Part shown: positions 24,338 to 36,267 of the stretch, one piece after another
How the letters are laid out: each line of letters begins with the position of its first letter
Numbering within the stretch: position 1 is the first letter of the stretch
Source of the DNA: Leidyana gryllorum EB-2025a
Lineage: Eukaryota > Protista > Apicomplexa
DNA: 64,000 nucleotides
Reading direction: 5' to 3'
Assembly (NCBI GenBank): GCA_048772705.1
Contig: JBLWGC010000041.1
Coordinates: 101,360 to 165,359, forward strand
Notes under the pieces: generated by a model
What the model was told of the DNA's origin: nothing
The model's database searches: none
The model's input: only the letters and a program-made list of their open reading frames with translations
Position numbers and translations under genes: made by a program

Positions 24338-26812
24338 ATGATCCCTCCCGAGACAGCTGTTCAATTCTTCCGAGAGGAATTCTATACATCGGCTGAAAAT
24401 GGCACAGAGCGGATTGAAGCGCTGCAGAATGTTCATTTAATAGCCAAAGCCATCACGCCCCACCAATGTGTTACTCAGCTTATTCCATTGCTCGACGGTA
24501 GGATACGTTGGATCGTAGGTGTTTCGACAAGCTGAAAAACGTTAGATATCGTGAGACCGACTGATGATCCGGACGACGAGGTTCTGCACGTATTATGTGA
24601 GCAACTGCTCGTCTTGACCGAGTACGTGGGCGGCGAACAGGAATACTATCACCTGTTACCGACCTTGGAGTCGTTGGCAAACCAAGAAGAGACGATCGTT
24701 CGCGATAAGGTGTGATTGGGTCGTGGAAGGAGTGGAAAGCTCTCTCTTCTCTCACAGGCAGTGGAAGTTATGGGGCAGATATTGTCGGATAAATGTAGCG
24801 AAGGATTCCGGAACGAGTTTGCCGAACAGCACCTGTTCCCCATACTGTCACGTTTAGCAGCGGCCGAGAGCTTCCCGGGGCGAGTATCGGCGTGTGGACT
24901 GTATCCGCTTCTGTTGCCGAGCCTTCAAGGAGACACGAGAGCTAATGCCACAAGGTAGGTGAGGGGTTTTCTTCTACGTCGTTGCCATGATGGTTCCCAG
25001 CCTCTTTCTGCAGTTGTCCAAAGATGAGATTCCCATCGTACGACGGGCTGCAGCCAATGCTCTGGTGCCTATTATGAAGCGGGCTGAGCTGCGAGAGATC
25101 TTCACTACCTTCATGGACGTAGTACAGGAGGCGTGGAGAGACCCAATGCGGGATGCCCTCCGAATAGCTGCGATTGAGTCGTTGGCAGCAGTTGCTGATA
25201 GGCTGGATGAGTCTGCCTGCCGGAAACATGTGATTCCCACCCTCCATCAAGCGACTAGCGATGCAAACTGGCGCATTCGGTTGGCCTTGGTGAAAATCTT
25301 GCGACAAGTAAGTCTTGTTGTGAGTGAGTGTCGTCGACCTTTGTACTGATTGGCAACAGACTATTACGTCTGCAAGTCCCAAATTAGTGGCTGAGTCTTT
25401 CGCGCCGTGGTTTGAGAAGCTGCTGTTGGATTCCGAATTTGAAGTGCAACTTGCAGCCGTTGAGGCACTGGGTAACCTACCAAATACAATCTCCATAGCA
25501 AATCTGTAACGTCCATCAGATGTGTGCGTTAAGCACTTCTCCATCGAGAACATCGAGAAACGTCTTCTGCCTATCTGTGACCGTCTCTTAGTCTCACCTG
25601 CCGAACAAGCCCGTGGTCAGTACTTTGGAGAGTATGTGGCCCAGACTTGATATGCTTTCTCTCCACGCAGCCGGTATGGCCTCCGTTCTGGGCCCGATGG
25701 CGCAGAAACTTGGGAGCGACATCACCAGAAAAGATCTGCTCCCTCTTCTCTCAAAGCTTATGGAAGATAAATGCAGGGAGATCCGATACAAGTGAGTGCG
25801 AGCCCGCGCAGTGTGACTCAACACACTTACACACACACTTGTATCTTCTGCTCAGCACGACGATGCAGTTTTCGGACTTTTGTCAAGTTTTGGGCGGTGA
25901 AGTGAGCACAGAGCTATTGTACCCGGCCGTTCATACGGCTTTGGTGGACAAGCAATGGCGAGTGCGGTTAGCTGTGGTTCAACAGATCCCCAAAATGGCC
26001 CGGATTTTCGGGGCCAACAGCTTCTTCCAAACTAAATGGGAAGGTTTGTACTTCAACGCGTTAATGGACGGAGTGTGGGCAGTCCGAGAAGCTGCTGTCA
26101 ACTCGGTTGCTGAGATAGGGTCTGACTTTGGGGACAACTGGGCCTCACAGTATCTACTAGGGAGCCTGATAGAGATTTTCGATCAAGGGTTCAAGAGTGA
26201 GTCACAGGGCCCCCACAACCAAGCCCGCTCCCTTCGCGCGTTAACAGACAACAAGAAAGGGCCCGATGCGGATATTCAAAATCCTACATATGTGGCGAGT
26301 ATGGAGCACAGCGCGAGATCTCTCCAATCTTACATCTCTCGAAACACTCTTCTGCACGCCCTCGAGGTGAGTTTCTCATCATTTGATTTCAAGTTCAATC
26401 ACACGTGTTTGTTCGGACAGAAAATGGCTATGGTGATTCCCCAGGAGCAACTGAAAGAGCAGATTTTCCCCCGCATTCTCGCTGCGCTGCAGGTATTTCC
26501 AACTTCGATCGATTTGTTCGCCAAAACGTCGGTTTGCTCTTGTCCAGGATGAAATTCCCAATGTTCGCTTGACGGGACTGCGCATATTGTTCAACTTGGT
26601 GCAGGGCAACTTTATTGATCTGGAGTGTGTCGAGACCAGATTGTTACCGTAAGTTTGGGGAAGATGTGGGGTCGAGATGACGGTTTGTTGTGCGACATAG
26701 GGCCAGTACGGCGACGGAAAGCGATGATGCAGATCCCGATGTTAGGCATTTTGCAATGTTGACAAGCGAACAGTGCCGCACGAAATTGCCCATTCAGTCC
26801 CAACCTGCATGA
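24338..26812 (+). CDS. PPP2R1A: PP2A scaffold subunit A (PR65, HEAT repeats)
   Basis: LANQEETIVRDK, RVSACGL, DEIPIVRRAAA, DANWRIR, DKQWRVRLAVV, DGVWAVREAA, DEIPNVR and DADPDVRHFA repeats; about 9 introns. An alternative ATG at 24305 overlaps the TFIIB stop. Confidence 0.93.
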
Positions 26813-26854
26813 TTGTCATAACACACTGTGATTGTTGGAAAAAAGAGGCGCGCC

Positions 26855-28018
26855 ATGAGCCACACCATAGCCAATGTGCCTTGCATCACCTTTTGGGCCG
26901 ATGACATGGCCTATATGACCTCTTTCGTGGGCGCTGTATATGGTGTACTCAAGGCTGTGGGCAAGGCAGTTCCCTATGCCGAGCTGCTGGCTGTCAGTGG
27001 TTATGGAGTGCGGGCTGTATGGGAGCCTGGTGCGTGGAGATGGGGTATTGATCGGATAGCTCCGTATGACCAGCGGCCGTTTGATCTTCAGGATAGACTG
27101 TTGCGTACGTACCAGTGGGATTATAAGCGAATTACACGGGGCACTGACGACGAGTGCCACGAGTCGCGAGATGAGTCTGGCTGGGAGACGCTTATGCGAG
27201 AAGAAGCCAAAAAGGCACTGGATCGGGGGATGCCCCTTATAATCCGTGCAGTGTCGAAGAAGGCGACGCATCCGAGGTCGTTTAACTTATACTTTGGGTA
27301 CGAGGATAATGGGGAGACCCTCGTTGGTTATGACTACCATGACAAGCTGGGTGCTGTGAAGCGGTTTCCTCGCTGGTACGAAGATACATCCGAGATGGTT
27401 GTGTTGCTCGAACAGCGTGGGCCGCCGATATCGGATAGAAGACGCGCACTCGAAACTCTTGGGCAAACGCTGATAGTCGCACTACACGAAAACAAGAACA
27501 GCAATTTGGCGTTCGGTGCTCGGGCATGGGAGGCCCTTGCGACCGACTTAGAAGACGATGATGAATTTGCAGGTTGTGTCTTATTGGCTAAAGACGAACC
27601 AGGCGACAGTGAGAAACTCCAGAGTCTGGAGAACCGACTGCTCTTGTATTGCGACTTTCTTTGTTTGATCCATCAACGTCTCCATATTCTACCGTATTTA
27701 AGCAAGATCGCTCGCGAAATTATGCCGGAATTCCGGGTACAACTCCTTGAAGCGGGGCGTTTGTTGGGAAATTCGGCTTCGTATGGGGGATTCTTGTGGG
27801 GACTTGGCTTGAGCTTCACACCCGAAGGTTTCGCCAAGCTCGGAGACCCCAAAATACGTCGCCGTTTGGCTGCAGAGTGTCGCCGAACTGCTGCTCAGGA
27901 AGCAGCAGCGCTACGGGTCATCAGAATAGTCGTGGAAGACGAAACCAGAGTAGCAACCCCAACACGTACCTTGCCCAGTTCATCCATCCTTGACCACATT
28001 TGGGGGCTCCCATCGTGA
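26855..28018 (+). CDS. Intronless hypothetical protein resembling bacterial BtrH-N/C39-like proteins
   Basis: 387-aa ORF with motifs YAELLAVSG..RAVW, ALDRGMPLI, GYEDNGETLVG and GARAWEALA. The family call is from pattern memory only. Confidence 0.65.
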   Translation: MSHTIANVPCITFWADDMAYMTSFVGAVYGVLKAVGKAVPYAELLAVSGYGVRAVWEPGAWRWGIDRIAPYDQRPFDLQDRLLRTYQWDYKRITRGTDDECHESRDESGWETLMREEAKKALDRGMPLIIRAVSKKATHPRSFNLYFGYEDNGETLVGYDYHDKLGAVKRFPRWYEDTSEMVVLLEQRGPPISDRRRALETLGQTLIVALHENKNSNLAFGARAWEALATDLEDDDEFAGCVLLAKDEPGDSEKLQSLENRLLLYCDFLCLIHQRLHILPYLSKIAREIMPEFRVQLLEAGRLLGNSASYGGFLWGLGLSFTPEGFAKLGDPKIRRRLAAECRRTAAQEAAALRVIRIVVEDETRVATPTRTLPSSSILDHIWGLPS

Positions 28019-28037
28019 CTCAAATGATACAAAAGAC

Positions 28038-31000
28038 ATGAAAGCCCGTGGGACGGTAGCAGCAGGCGATGACCCCCTCAGCGCCATGCTTCGGAAGCCC
28101 ACACAACCTCGCCCCTTCACTGCCGCGGTGCCACGATCATTACCGAGCACCTCCTCCTCACTACCTCATCATCCGGCCCCTTCCCCTCCCGGCCCACCAT
28201 CCCACCTGACCGCCGGCGAACACCCACAGCAGGATGAGCTTCACTTCCCTTTACCGCCGCCCAGCGTTGGCACTTCCACTTCCACGACGACATTCCCCAC
28301 GACCGCAAGCGGCACCATCACAATGAATGCAGCCACCACCAACACAACGATGACGACTACGACAACATCAGTACGACCAGCAACTACCGCTGGTATCCAG
28401 AAAGGGCTCAAATCGACATTCGATGTAGCAGCTCTCAAGTTATCCAAATACGCTGGAGCCGCCGCCTCGCACATTCGCGCTTTGGCACAACACGTATCCG
28501 ACAATAATCGACAATCTATCTTTGATGCCGAAGTGGATCGGCGGCTCTTAGAGGGCCGAACTATGCCCATACCATCTCCTTGGATCCATTCTTTCCATGA
28601 ACGACCTGAATCTATCGTATCCCCGACTGTTGGGGGAGTTATGGCAAGTCAAAGCACCACCAATGTTCCGACACTCTCCCCCCGTATGACCCTTTTTGAG
28701 CCATGGGATCTCGAAGCGATAGACTTCGTTTTCCCCCAAGCAATACTCGTATTGGAACAGTCGTGCCGGGGTATCGATGTTGAAGAGCGCACTGCACAGC
28801 TGGGGGGTCGTTTGATGGTCAGCACACATCGCCTATTCTTCGACCCCCTGCGCTATAAAGCTGATTCTATGCTGGTAGAATGGTTAATTGCACGAAGTGG
28901 TCTCATCAGTATTCCTTATGCTGCCGTGAAGACATGCAAAGTTACTCCAGACTGGGGAGGCACCGGCACCCATCACGAGTCTGTACGACAAGGGGGAGTA
29001 GGAACGTCCGGGGTCAGCACGCACCATCACTCCTCCAGTCGGCATTCCACTGAGCCACAGTCGGGCGATTCAGCCAGCAATTCGTCTTCCAAACCTACTG
29101 CTTGCTTTATAGACCTCACTCTGAGGGATTACACAAATATGTCATTTTACGTCGAATGCAGCCACATGGGCTTAAGCGAGAGCTACGAGGTGAGCACCGT
29201 ATTACATTATTTGTTTCAGACGTTGCGTCGCGTCGTCGCGTCGTCGTCGTCATCTGTGTCCGACCCGTCTTCTCCACACCACCCCCAATCCCCTCTCTCT
29301 CGCAGATGTGTGTTCAATCTGTCGCGGCAATGCTGCGATATCGGACAATGGAAGCTGGAGCACCGTCGGTGGCTCTCCGCGTTAACAATGGCGAACCGTT
29401 AACTGCTCGTCTGGAAGCAGATGGATCCGCAACAATCCCTTACTATGCAGCCTTCAATCCTCGGGCGGTAAGCACTCGGACCAATGGTGGCGACTATTGA
29501 TTGATTGACTTGCGGCGACCACAGGAATACAGCCGTATGGAATCCGATACTGTGACCGAAAATTGGGAAGGATGTCAGCTGAGTACGATCAACAAGACGT
29601 TTGGATTGTGTCCAACATATCCACCGCTGCTGCCTGTACCCATTGGAGTGACGGACACCGAGTTGAGGGATATTGCGTCATTCCGCAGTAGAGGCCGCAT
29701 ACCAGTACTCAGTTGGCGCAATCCTCGCACAAAAGCATCCCTCTGGAGATGCAGTCAGCCTCGATCAGCCTGGGGAGGTAATCAAGCAGATGAAAAACTC
29801 ATCAATGAACTCATCCGGACCAATGGATCCAACACTTTCATCTTCGACGCCCGACCCTTTGCCAATGCTATGGCCAACAAATTAATGGGTGCCGGCTATG
29901 AGGACATTGGAGCGTATCACAACTGTACAGTAAGGCGGCAAAGCGTTGCTACTGCACCCCCAAACTCTCGTAGCTCGAATTTGCTTCGATCGAGAACATT
30001 CACAAAGTCTCAGATGCACATGATATCTTAATGAAAAGTCTCAAGAAGGAGACTCGTCACTTGCGAACAACAAAGTACCCGACCACTGGGCGATTCGAAA
30101 TCATAACTGCCCCGTCTACCTTTTGGAAAGCAATATACTCTGGACCCTGGTATGACTATCTACATACACTGATGAAAGCGAGCGCCCAAATCGCCTATCA
30201 TCTCTCATCAGGAGAGACTGTCTTAGTACACTGCAGGTGAGCTCTCTAACCGACGGGACACAAAACTTCATCCGATCGATCACTGATCGATCACCGAGCC
30301 AAAAAAGCGACTGATGCGACAAATTGGTCACTCTCCACTCTTCTGATTCGTCCGTAAATTTCACTTCCCATCAGCGACGGGTGGGATAGGACAGCCCAAT
30401 TGACGGCTCTATCCACCCTTTTAGCGGACCCCTATTACCGCACAATCCGAGGCTTCATATGCCTCATCGAGAAAGAGTACAGCTGGTTTGGCCACCGGTG
30501 GCGAACTCGGCTCGATCTTCCGCGAGCTATTCCGGGCAGCGAAGCCACTTCAAATCTCACCCATGACGTCCCCTCCAACTATGGGCCAAGTGAAACGATA
30601 GACTCCGACTCCTTTGAAGCCAGCGATTGTGCTGTCGACACAAGTGACGGAGGGGCGGCCAGCGGCGTCTCGACTACAAATGCGACCATTGAGAAGCGGA
30701 AAGGAGGCTCTCCTATCTTTTTGCAGGTGAGCTTCGCTCTCTCCCCCCCCCCCCCCCCCCCCGTCCTTTCCATACTTCTCGTTTCTGTCAGTGGCTGGAA
30801 TGTGTGGCAATGGTTCACTCACGATATCCCCAAGAGTTTGAGTTCAACGAACTGCTACTTTTGGGCATCGCGACACAGCTAGACACCGCTAACTATGGGG
30901 ACTTCCTCTTTGACAACGAACAAGTAAGCACACTTCATCGCCCTCTGGCACACACACACACACCGCCCCGAAGCCACATCTTTATCTCTGTCATCATCAT

Positions 31001-31246
31001 CATCAGGAAAGAGACTCCGCTTACAAAGCTGGATACCGTTGGACGAGTCTCTTCAAGCGTATATTGACAGACAAGTCAGGACGCTTCCTCAACCCAAGCT
31101 ACAGCCCCACCACGGAATCCTTGTGTATGCAGTGTCATCCAGGTACCTTCCAACCTTGGTGGTCATATTGGCAAAGGTGAGGGATGTCATTTGGGACAAA
31201 TCGTGTGTGATGAATGGGGTTCAGGAATGGTATTCCCCTCCTATGA
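28038..31246 (+). CDS. Myotubularin-family phosphoinositide phosphatase
   Basis: [26 protein letters not shown], spliced active site [14 protein letters not shown], and [10 protein letters not shown]. Confidence 0.93.
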
Positions 31247-32484
31247 TACCGGTGCGGTCGGTTGCTCAACCGATTTACGTTGTCTAAGAAGAGTTTCGTA
31301 GAAACGCGGTGCCCGCACCACGCTTTTTCCTCCCGATTCCAACTTAGTTGGAATCTGCAGAATGCGGTGCTCCCCTCCGCCAGAAATCACTTGAGACATA
31401 AACTCGGCCATATGCTGGCAGATTGTGACATCACTTTCGTCTCAACACTTACTTTATAGTACGACCGAGGGAACAATTGCCAAGTGTCATTGTGGGTCCC
31501 CCCAACTACGCGCAACAACCACTTCATAGGACCCCCGCATTCATCGTACAGACGTTGCAGTTGCTCGGGGGAAACCAATGTGTCATCAGTACCAGATATG
31601 AACAGAGCTGGTACCTTCAAATTCCCGATCAATGCACCTGTGTCAAATCGAGCCCGTAGGAGAAAGTTCAAAAGTGACCGAGCGTATCGGAATGGTGGCA
31701 TTAAGTGCAAAATCTCCTCTTCCATTGAATAGAATGTGTTCTCCACCATTACAGCCGCGACCTAGCAGACACACACGCAAAATCAGTCAGATTTGCACCC
31801 AACCAAACCTCACCTTATAAGATCTGTCATGTGCGAGGCGAAGAGCAATGGCTCCACCCAGACTCCTCCCGAATAGGAAGATCTTCTTTGTGTCAATTTG
31901 GTCCCCCATCTTCTCGTAGTAGTGGTCCAACACTGCCGCGGCATCGGCATGGACGCCGTCTTCAGATGGCACGCCCTCGGAGAATCCATAACCCCGGCAA
32001 GACACTGCTATGATGTTCGCTTTGAGACTGCGATGTAATTCAACTAGATTGGGCAATCGGAATCCCATGTCTGCGCACACACGTGTGTCTCCATCAGCTG
32101 CTGCAGGATGATGGCTTACTTCCGGCATTTCCCTGGAAAAAGACGATAGTGGGGGAGGATGTAGAATCTTCATGCTTGATGAACCAACTGTGCAGTTTCG
32201 TTCCATCCGGAGACGTTACATAGATATCAGCAAAATTGAGTTCGTATTCTCCAGGTGATCGTAGACCCTCTGGATTCTGGTCAGGTGTCTCGTAACCATC
32301 CAAGGCTTTCGGCAAGAAGATCATACGCTCTTGGCGGATGTAGAGGAAAGCTGAGTGCGCGACGAATCTGGGGTGACGCTGCACAACCCGGGGCCTTACT
32401 GCATATCGCAATGGTACCGAATACCAAAAGGAAAGGTACGCGGGTAACGAACAGGAACAGTATTGACATGATAGTCTGGATCAT
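31241..32484 (-). CDS. ABHD13/Bem46-like alpha/beta hydrolase
   Basis: N-terminal TM segment, FFQGNAG, RGYGFSEG.PSE.G, nucleophile GRSLGG, Asp (DTLV) and His (GTHNDTW). Confidence 0.9.
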
Positions 32485-32544
32485 GGGGCTAAAGTCCCGA
32501 AAGCGGAGTCGAAAAGGAAAAAGGTCGGAAAGTTTGGTTTGGCC

Positions 32545-34046
32545 ATGGTGGAGCAGCAGCCTCTGCAGCCCCCTGTGGCTACTCACACAATTGATGCTGG
32601 TATACCGCAAGCGACGTTTGTGGTGCCAGCGTCCAACATATCGGTTTTGAAGAGTCCAAAGGAGTTCAAGACGGTTTTATTCGATGGTGTGAGGAATGCG
32701 AAGCGCAGGAATTGCATTGTATCACTGTATGTCGGAAGTGACCAGGAAGAGTTTTTGGACATTCTGTTCAAGCGCAGCGCCGAGTCAGCTGTCGCTACAC
32801 ATGTTCTCACCGACTATCTGCGGACGATGAGGGTTGAAGGGAAAAACAAGAAGAGCTCACTGAAATTAATGCACGAGACCTGGCAGCGAGTGGCTAGGGA
32901 GAGTGATGAGCGACGCTCGGCATTCGCGCCCAAGTTGCCATTTATCTCCTTGTTTCAGACCCCTCGCAAATTCCTGGGTCAAAATCTGTTCCCTTACCGG
33001 CTACAAGAGGCTTTGGGAGTGCTTCACTGGAAGTATTACGTTTTCGATGACAACGTGATCTTGACGGGAGCCAATATCAGCACGTCGTATCTCACCGATC
33101 GCACGGATCGATGGTTATACATCGAGCGGGTGCCAGAGTTCGCACAGTTTTTATGGGACCTATCGCTCTTGCTACGGAGGAATTGTCACACTGCTGATGT
33201 AGGGACTACGAAACGGAACCCAGTCTTCTCCCCTCCTCAATGGGGCCCGGAATGTCTGTGTCCCGCTATCGCTAAGTTTTTGTGTCGAAGGTCGACAAAA
33301 ACTGCAATCGATCCTGAAGAACTGCTGGATCACGGTGAGTGTGTGTGTTCGTGTGGCTGAAAGTTATTGGTGTCTTTGATTGCGCAGCGGTGATCCGATG
33401 GGGAGTCCAATGTGGTTTCGATCCCTCGGAGAAGAATGAGCTTCGTGACACGGAGCTGCATTTGGTGGAGCAATTGGTAGCGCAAAGCCCGCCCAAGGGC
33501 ACTGTGGTGATGGCCTCACCGTATTTGAATCTACCTGACCATCTGCTTAAGTCTCTGCAGAAGAAGCTGCAGGGTCGAAATCTCCAAGTTGTTGGATGTT
33601 CCCCGAATGCCTGCAGCTTTTTCAATGGCGGCCCCATTTTGGGTGCCGTTCCTTTCGCGTACGCAGGTTTGACGGCTCAGGCGTTGGGGTCTCTGGGGTC
33701 TGCAGTTCGGTTCTTGCAGTTTGGAGGGGAGAACGGACATTCTTTCCACGCTAAGGGGGTCTGGAGCGATGGCACGACTGCCAACGACGCTTATCGCACC
33801 CTTTTGGGGTCGAGCAACTTTAGTGTTCGATCCGCGACCAGAGATCTGGAGTGTCTCTGTGTGTTGGAAACGAAATCGCCGAGTTTGGTGAATCAGCTGC
33901 GAGTTGAAGTGGATTCTTTAGTCCAAAGATCTCAGCAATTGCGAGCTGTTACCGACGCCGTTAGTTCTTTTGCCACTGCCCATTGGTGGACTCGCACTGT
34001 GGCGAGTGTGTTTATCCGAAATCGTTTCTTACGCTCCATCTTGTGA
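32545..34046 (+). CDS. PGS1: Phosphatidylglycerophosphate synthase (PLD/HKD type)
   Basis: SLYVG, GVLHWKYYVFDDNVILTGANIS.SY.TDR.DR, FHAKGVW and GSSNFSVRS motifs; 1 intron. Confidence 0.88.
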
Positions 34047-34248
34047 GAGAGAGTGAGGTAACAGCGGTTTGTCTTCTTCGGCTCTGACTGACCCCCCTAC
34101 TTTGATATGAGTTTATCATTACCAACAATCAACCGTCATTGATCGACTAGACAAAGAGAGACAGAGAATGTTCTCAATGGATGCTGCTTCTGCTTGGCAT
34201 GAAAAAGCAACGTGGCTACTATATAGTGTGTGACTATTGTTGTGATAA

Positions 34249-34733
34249 TTACCGTCCTCTTGAAGAGGGACCACCACCGCCTCCTCCAGAGAGGAAAGCA
34301 TTGCCGCCAGCTCTCGCTCGCATGACCATTGCTCGGCGCTGTTGCCCAATGCCCAGTCCCCGACCCCGGTTTTTCCCTTGGGCGAGTTTGAACATGGGCG
34401 CGTGCCGTAGCATGTCTGGGAAGACAACGAACCGAATCTGAGACCCTCGAATGAATATTTGCTGCAAGAAGGAAAGTTAAAAGTGTTAGTCAGATCGATG
34501 GGGGAGCGTACCTCAAGGGTCGTTATCCGGCCATCCTTGGCCGTGTACGTGGCCCCAGTGACCAGAATATTCATGTTATCTTCGACATTGGCCTAATTAA
34601 CAATTAACCATTGACATTTGAAAACCTCAATACATACCAGATGTCCTCGAATGGTATCGCCAGACTTTAGTTCGATGCTGAGTGTGTGGCCAATGCCCTC
34701 ATACAAGAGCTTCAACGGGAGGCCTACGTACAT
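34249..34733 (-). CDS. SmD3: snRNP core protein Sm D3
   Basis: Spliced MYVGLPLKLLYEGIGH...EDNMN...FIRGSQIRFVVFPDMLRHAPMF with an RG tail. Confidence 0.95.
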
Positions 34734-34759
34734 TGACGCTCTTTTTTTTTTGCGAAGAA

Positions 34760-35318
34760 ATGTCACGTAGCAATCCTGAGCCCACGATGCTCCTTGAAGA
34801 CCGATTCACTATCGCATCATGTGATAACTCCAAGTTTGAAAAGGTCACACGAGTTCGAGGCAGGACTGCCGCTTTTGACGCCGAGATCACTCTCGACATA
34901 AACTCTCAAATATACCCTATCAAGGAGAAGGAGGTGAGTGCTCGGACGCTGTCAACTATCTCTCTCTCTACCAACAGACACTGCTGGTTATGTTTGCTGA
35001 ACACGTTATAAAGGGTGCTGGTCCCAGCGGTGCCGCTGACGGGGGCGTGTCCGCGTCGAGCCAAATGACGACGTTGATAGACGAGTACGAGTACGTTATG
35101 TTGGGAAAGGTGTTCAATGAGGAGGAGAAGTTGCCAGACAAAAGGTTAGCGATCAATCTTAGGGGGCGCAAAACACGTTGTACATTTATAGGGCCGTTTA
35201 TCTGTCGTTTGGAGGTTTGTTGTGCGGGATTACAGCTGATAAGGAGATTCTAAGCGAGTTTGTATTGGATAGACGGCTTTTTATATTATTGAAAAAGGTC
35301 GGAAGGGCCAACGATTGA
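34760..35318 (+). CDS. RPB8: RNA polymerases I/II/III subunit RPABC3
   Basis: LLEDRF, KFEKVTR, LDINSQIYP, DEYEYVMLGKVF and SFGGLL motifs; 2 introns. Confidence 0.95.
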
Positions 35319-35337
35319 ATAATTGACACGATAAATA

Positions 35338-36195
35338 ATGCTCCGATCACCAAGTCTTGTTGTACGGAAAGAACGCTCTGGCCGCCGGAAAGAGATTGTG
35401 GCTTGTCAGTACCATCAACCGTCCCATGAGAGCGCAGCCTCTTACTACTGGGATCTCTTAGATCACTCCCTGGAATTGGTCTCATTCGGTGGCCTACTGT
35501 ATACATCGAGTGCAGCGTTGAGTAAACAAATCGACCCCTCTACGGACGCCTCTGACACTTTGAAAGGTATCAGTGCGTCCAGTTGGGCACTGCTCACTGT
35601 CTGCGCCCTAATTCCCCTTCGACTACTGCGGTCTCTGCCCGGGAGGAGGGCGTTAGAATTAGGACTGACTGGGGTGCTGTCACTTCTGGCTTTCGCCACC
35701 CTCGGTACCATAGGATACGGACACTTTCTAGTTGGACGCAATTCACCTCAAGCTCATTACGACCGAGATCGGTACCGATGGTCCTTCGGTGTGGTTGAGA
35801 TCGTTGCTGCAGCCGTCTTGGCGGGATGCGCTGTGGTCCACACCGTCCTCTTCCGTACCATCGGGGGCCTCTACGCTCCAATTTGCCCCTCCGTTCACGC
35901 CCCAACGATCATTCCCATGTTCTTAATTCAGGTTTCTTGGACTGTGCTGCTCACCGTGGCCTTCGGTCTAGCCATACATCCTGACCATGCGGAGATGACA
36001 GAAACCGTGAATGTTCTGCGAGTTGTGGCCTTCAGCTTGGCCACGCTTCACGGCTGGGGCCAGCTATGCATCACACGAGTCGTCCATAAGAATGGACTCA
36101 AGCGGTGCAAACGCCAGCAGAAGAAAACAGCCCCCCTGCCCCCGGATGAGCTGCCGTACAAGCGGCCTAGTCAGACACCTACAAACGATATTTGA
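35338..36195 (+). CDS. Hypothetical multi-pass membrane protein
   Basis: 285 aa with about 6 hydrophobic helices. Confidence 0.65.
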   Translation: MLRSPSLVVRKERSGRRKEIVACQYHQPSHESAASYYWDLLDHSLELVSFGGLLYTSSAALSKQIDPSTDASDTLKGISASSWALLTVCALIPLRLLRSLPGRRALELGLTGVLSLLAFATLGTIGYGHFLVGRNSPQAHYDRDRYRWSFGVVEIVAAAVLAGCAVVHTVLFRTIGGLYAPICPSVHAPTIIPMFLIQVSWTVLLTVAFGLAIHPDHAEMTETVNVLRVVAFSLATLHGWGQLCITRVVHKNGLKRCKRQQKKTAPLPPDELPYKRPSQTPTNDI

Positions 36196-36267
36196 ATCGC
36201 AGCCATTTTGAACGTTGCCGTCACTGACTCCACAAAACCTGCAATAAAAAAAGTCGCTCAACCTCGA

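Noticed and set aside
30743-30762. Long poly-C run
   Set aside because: Simple intronic homopolymer with no evidence of function.
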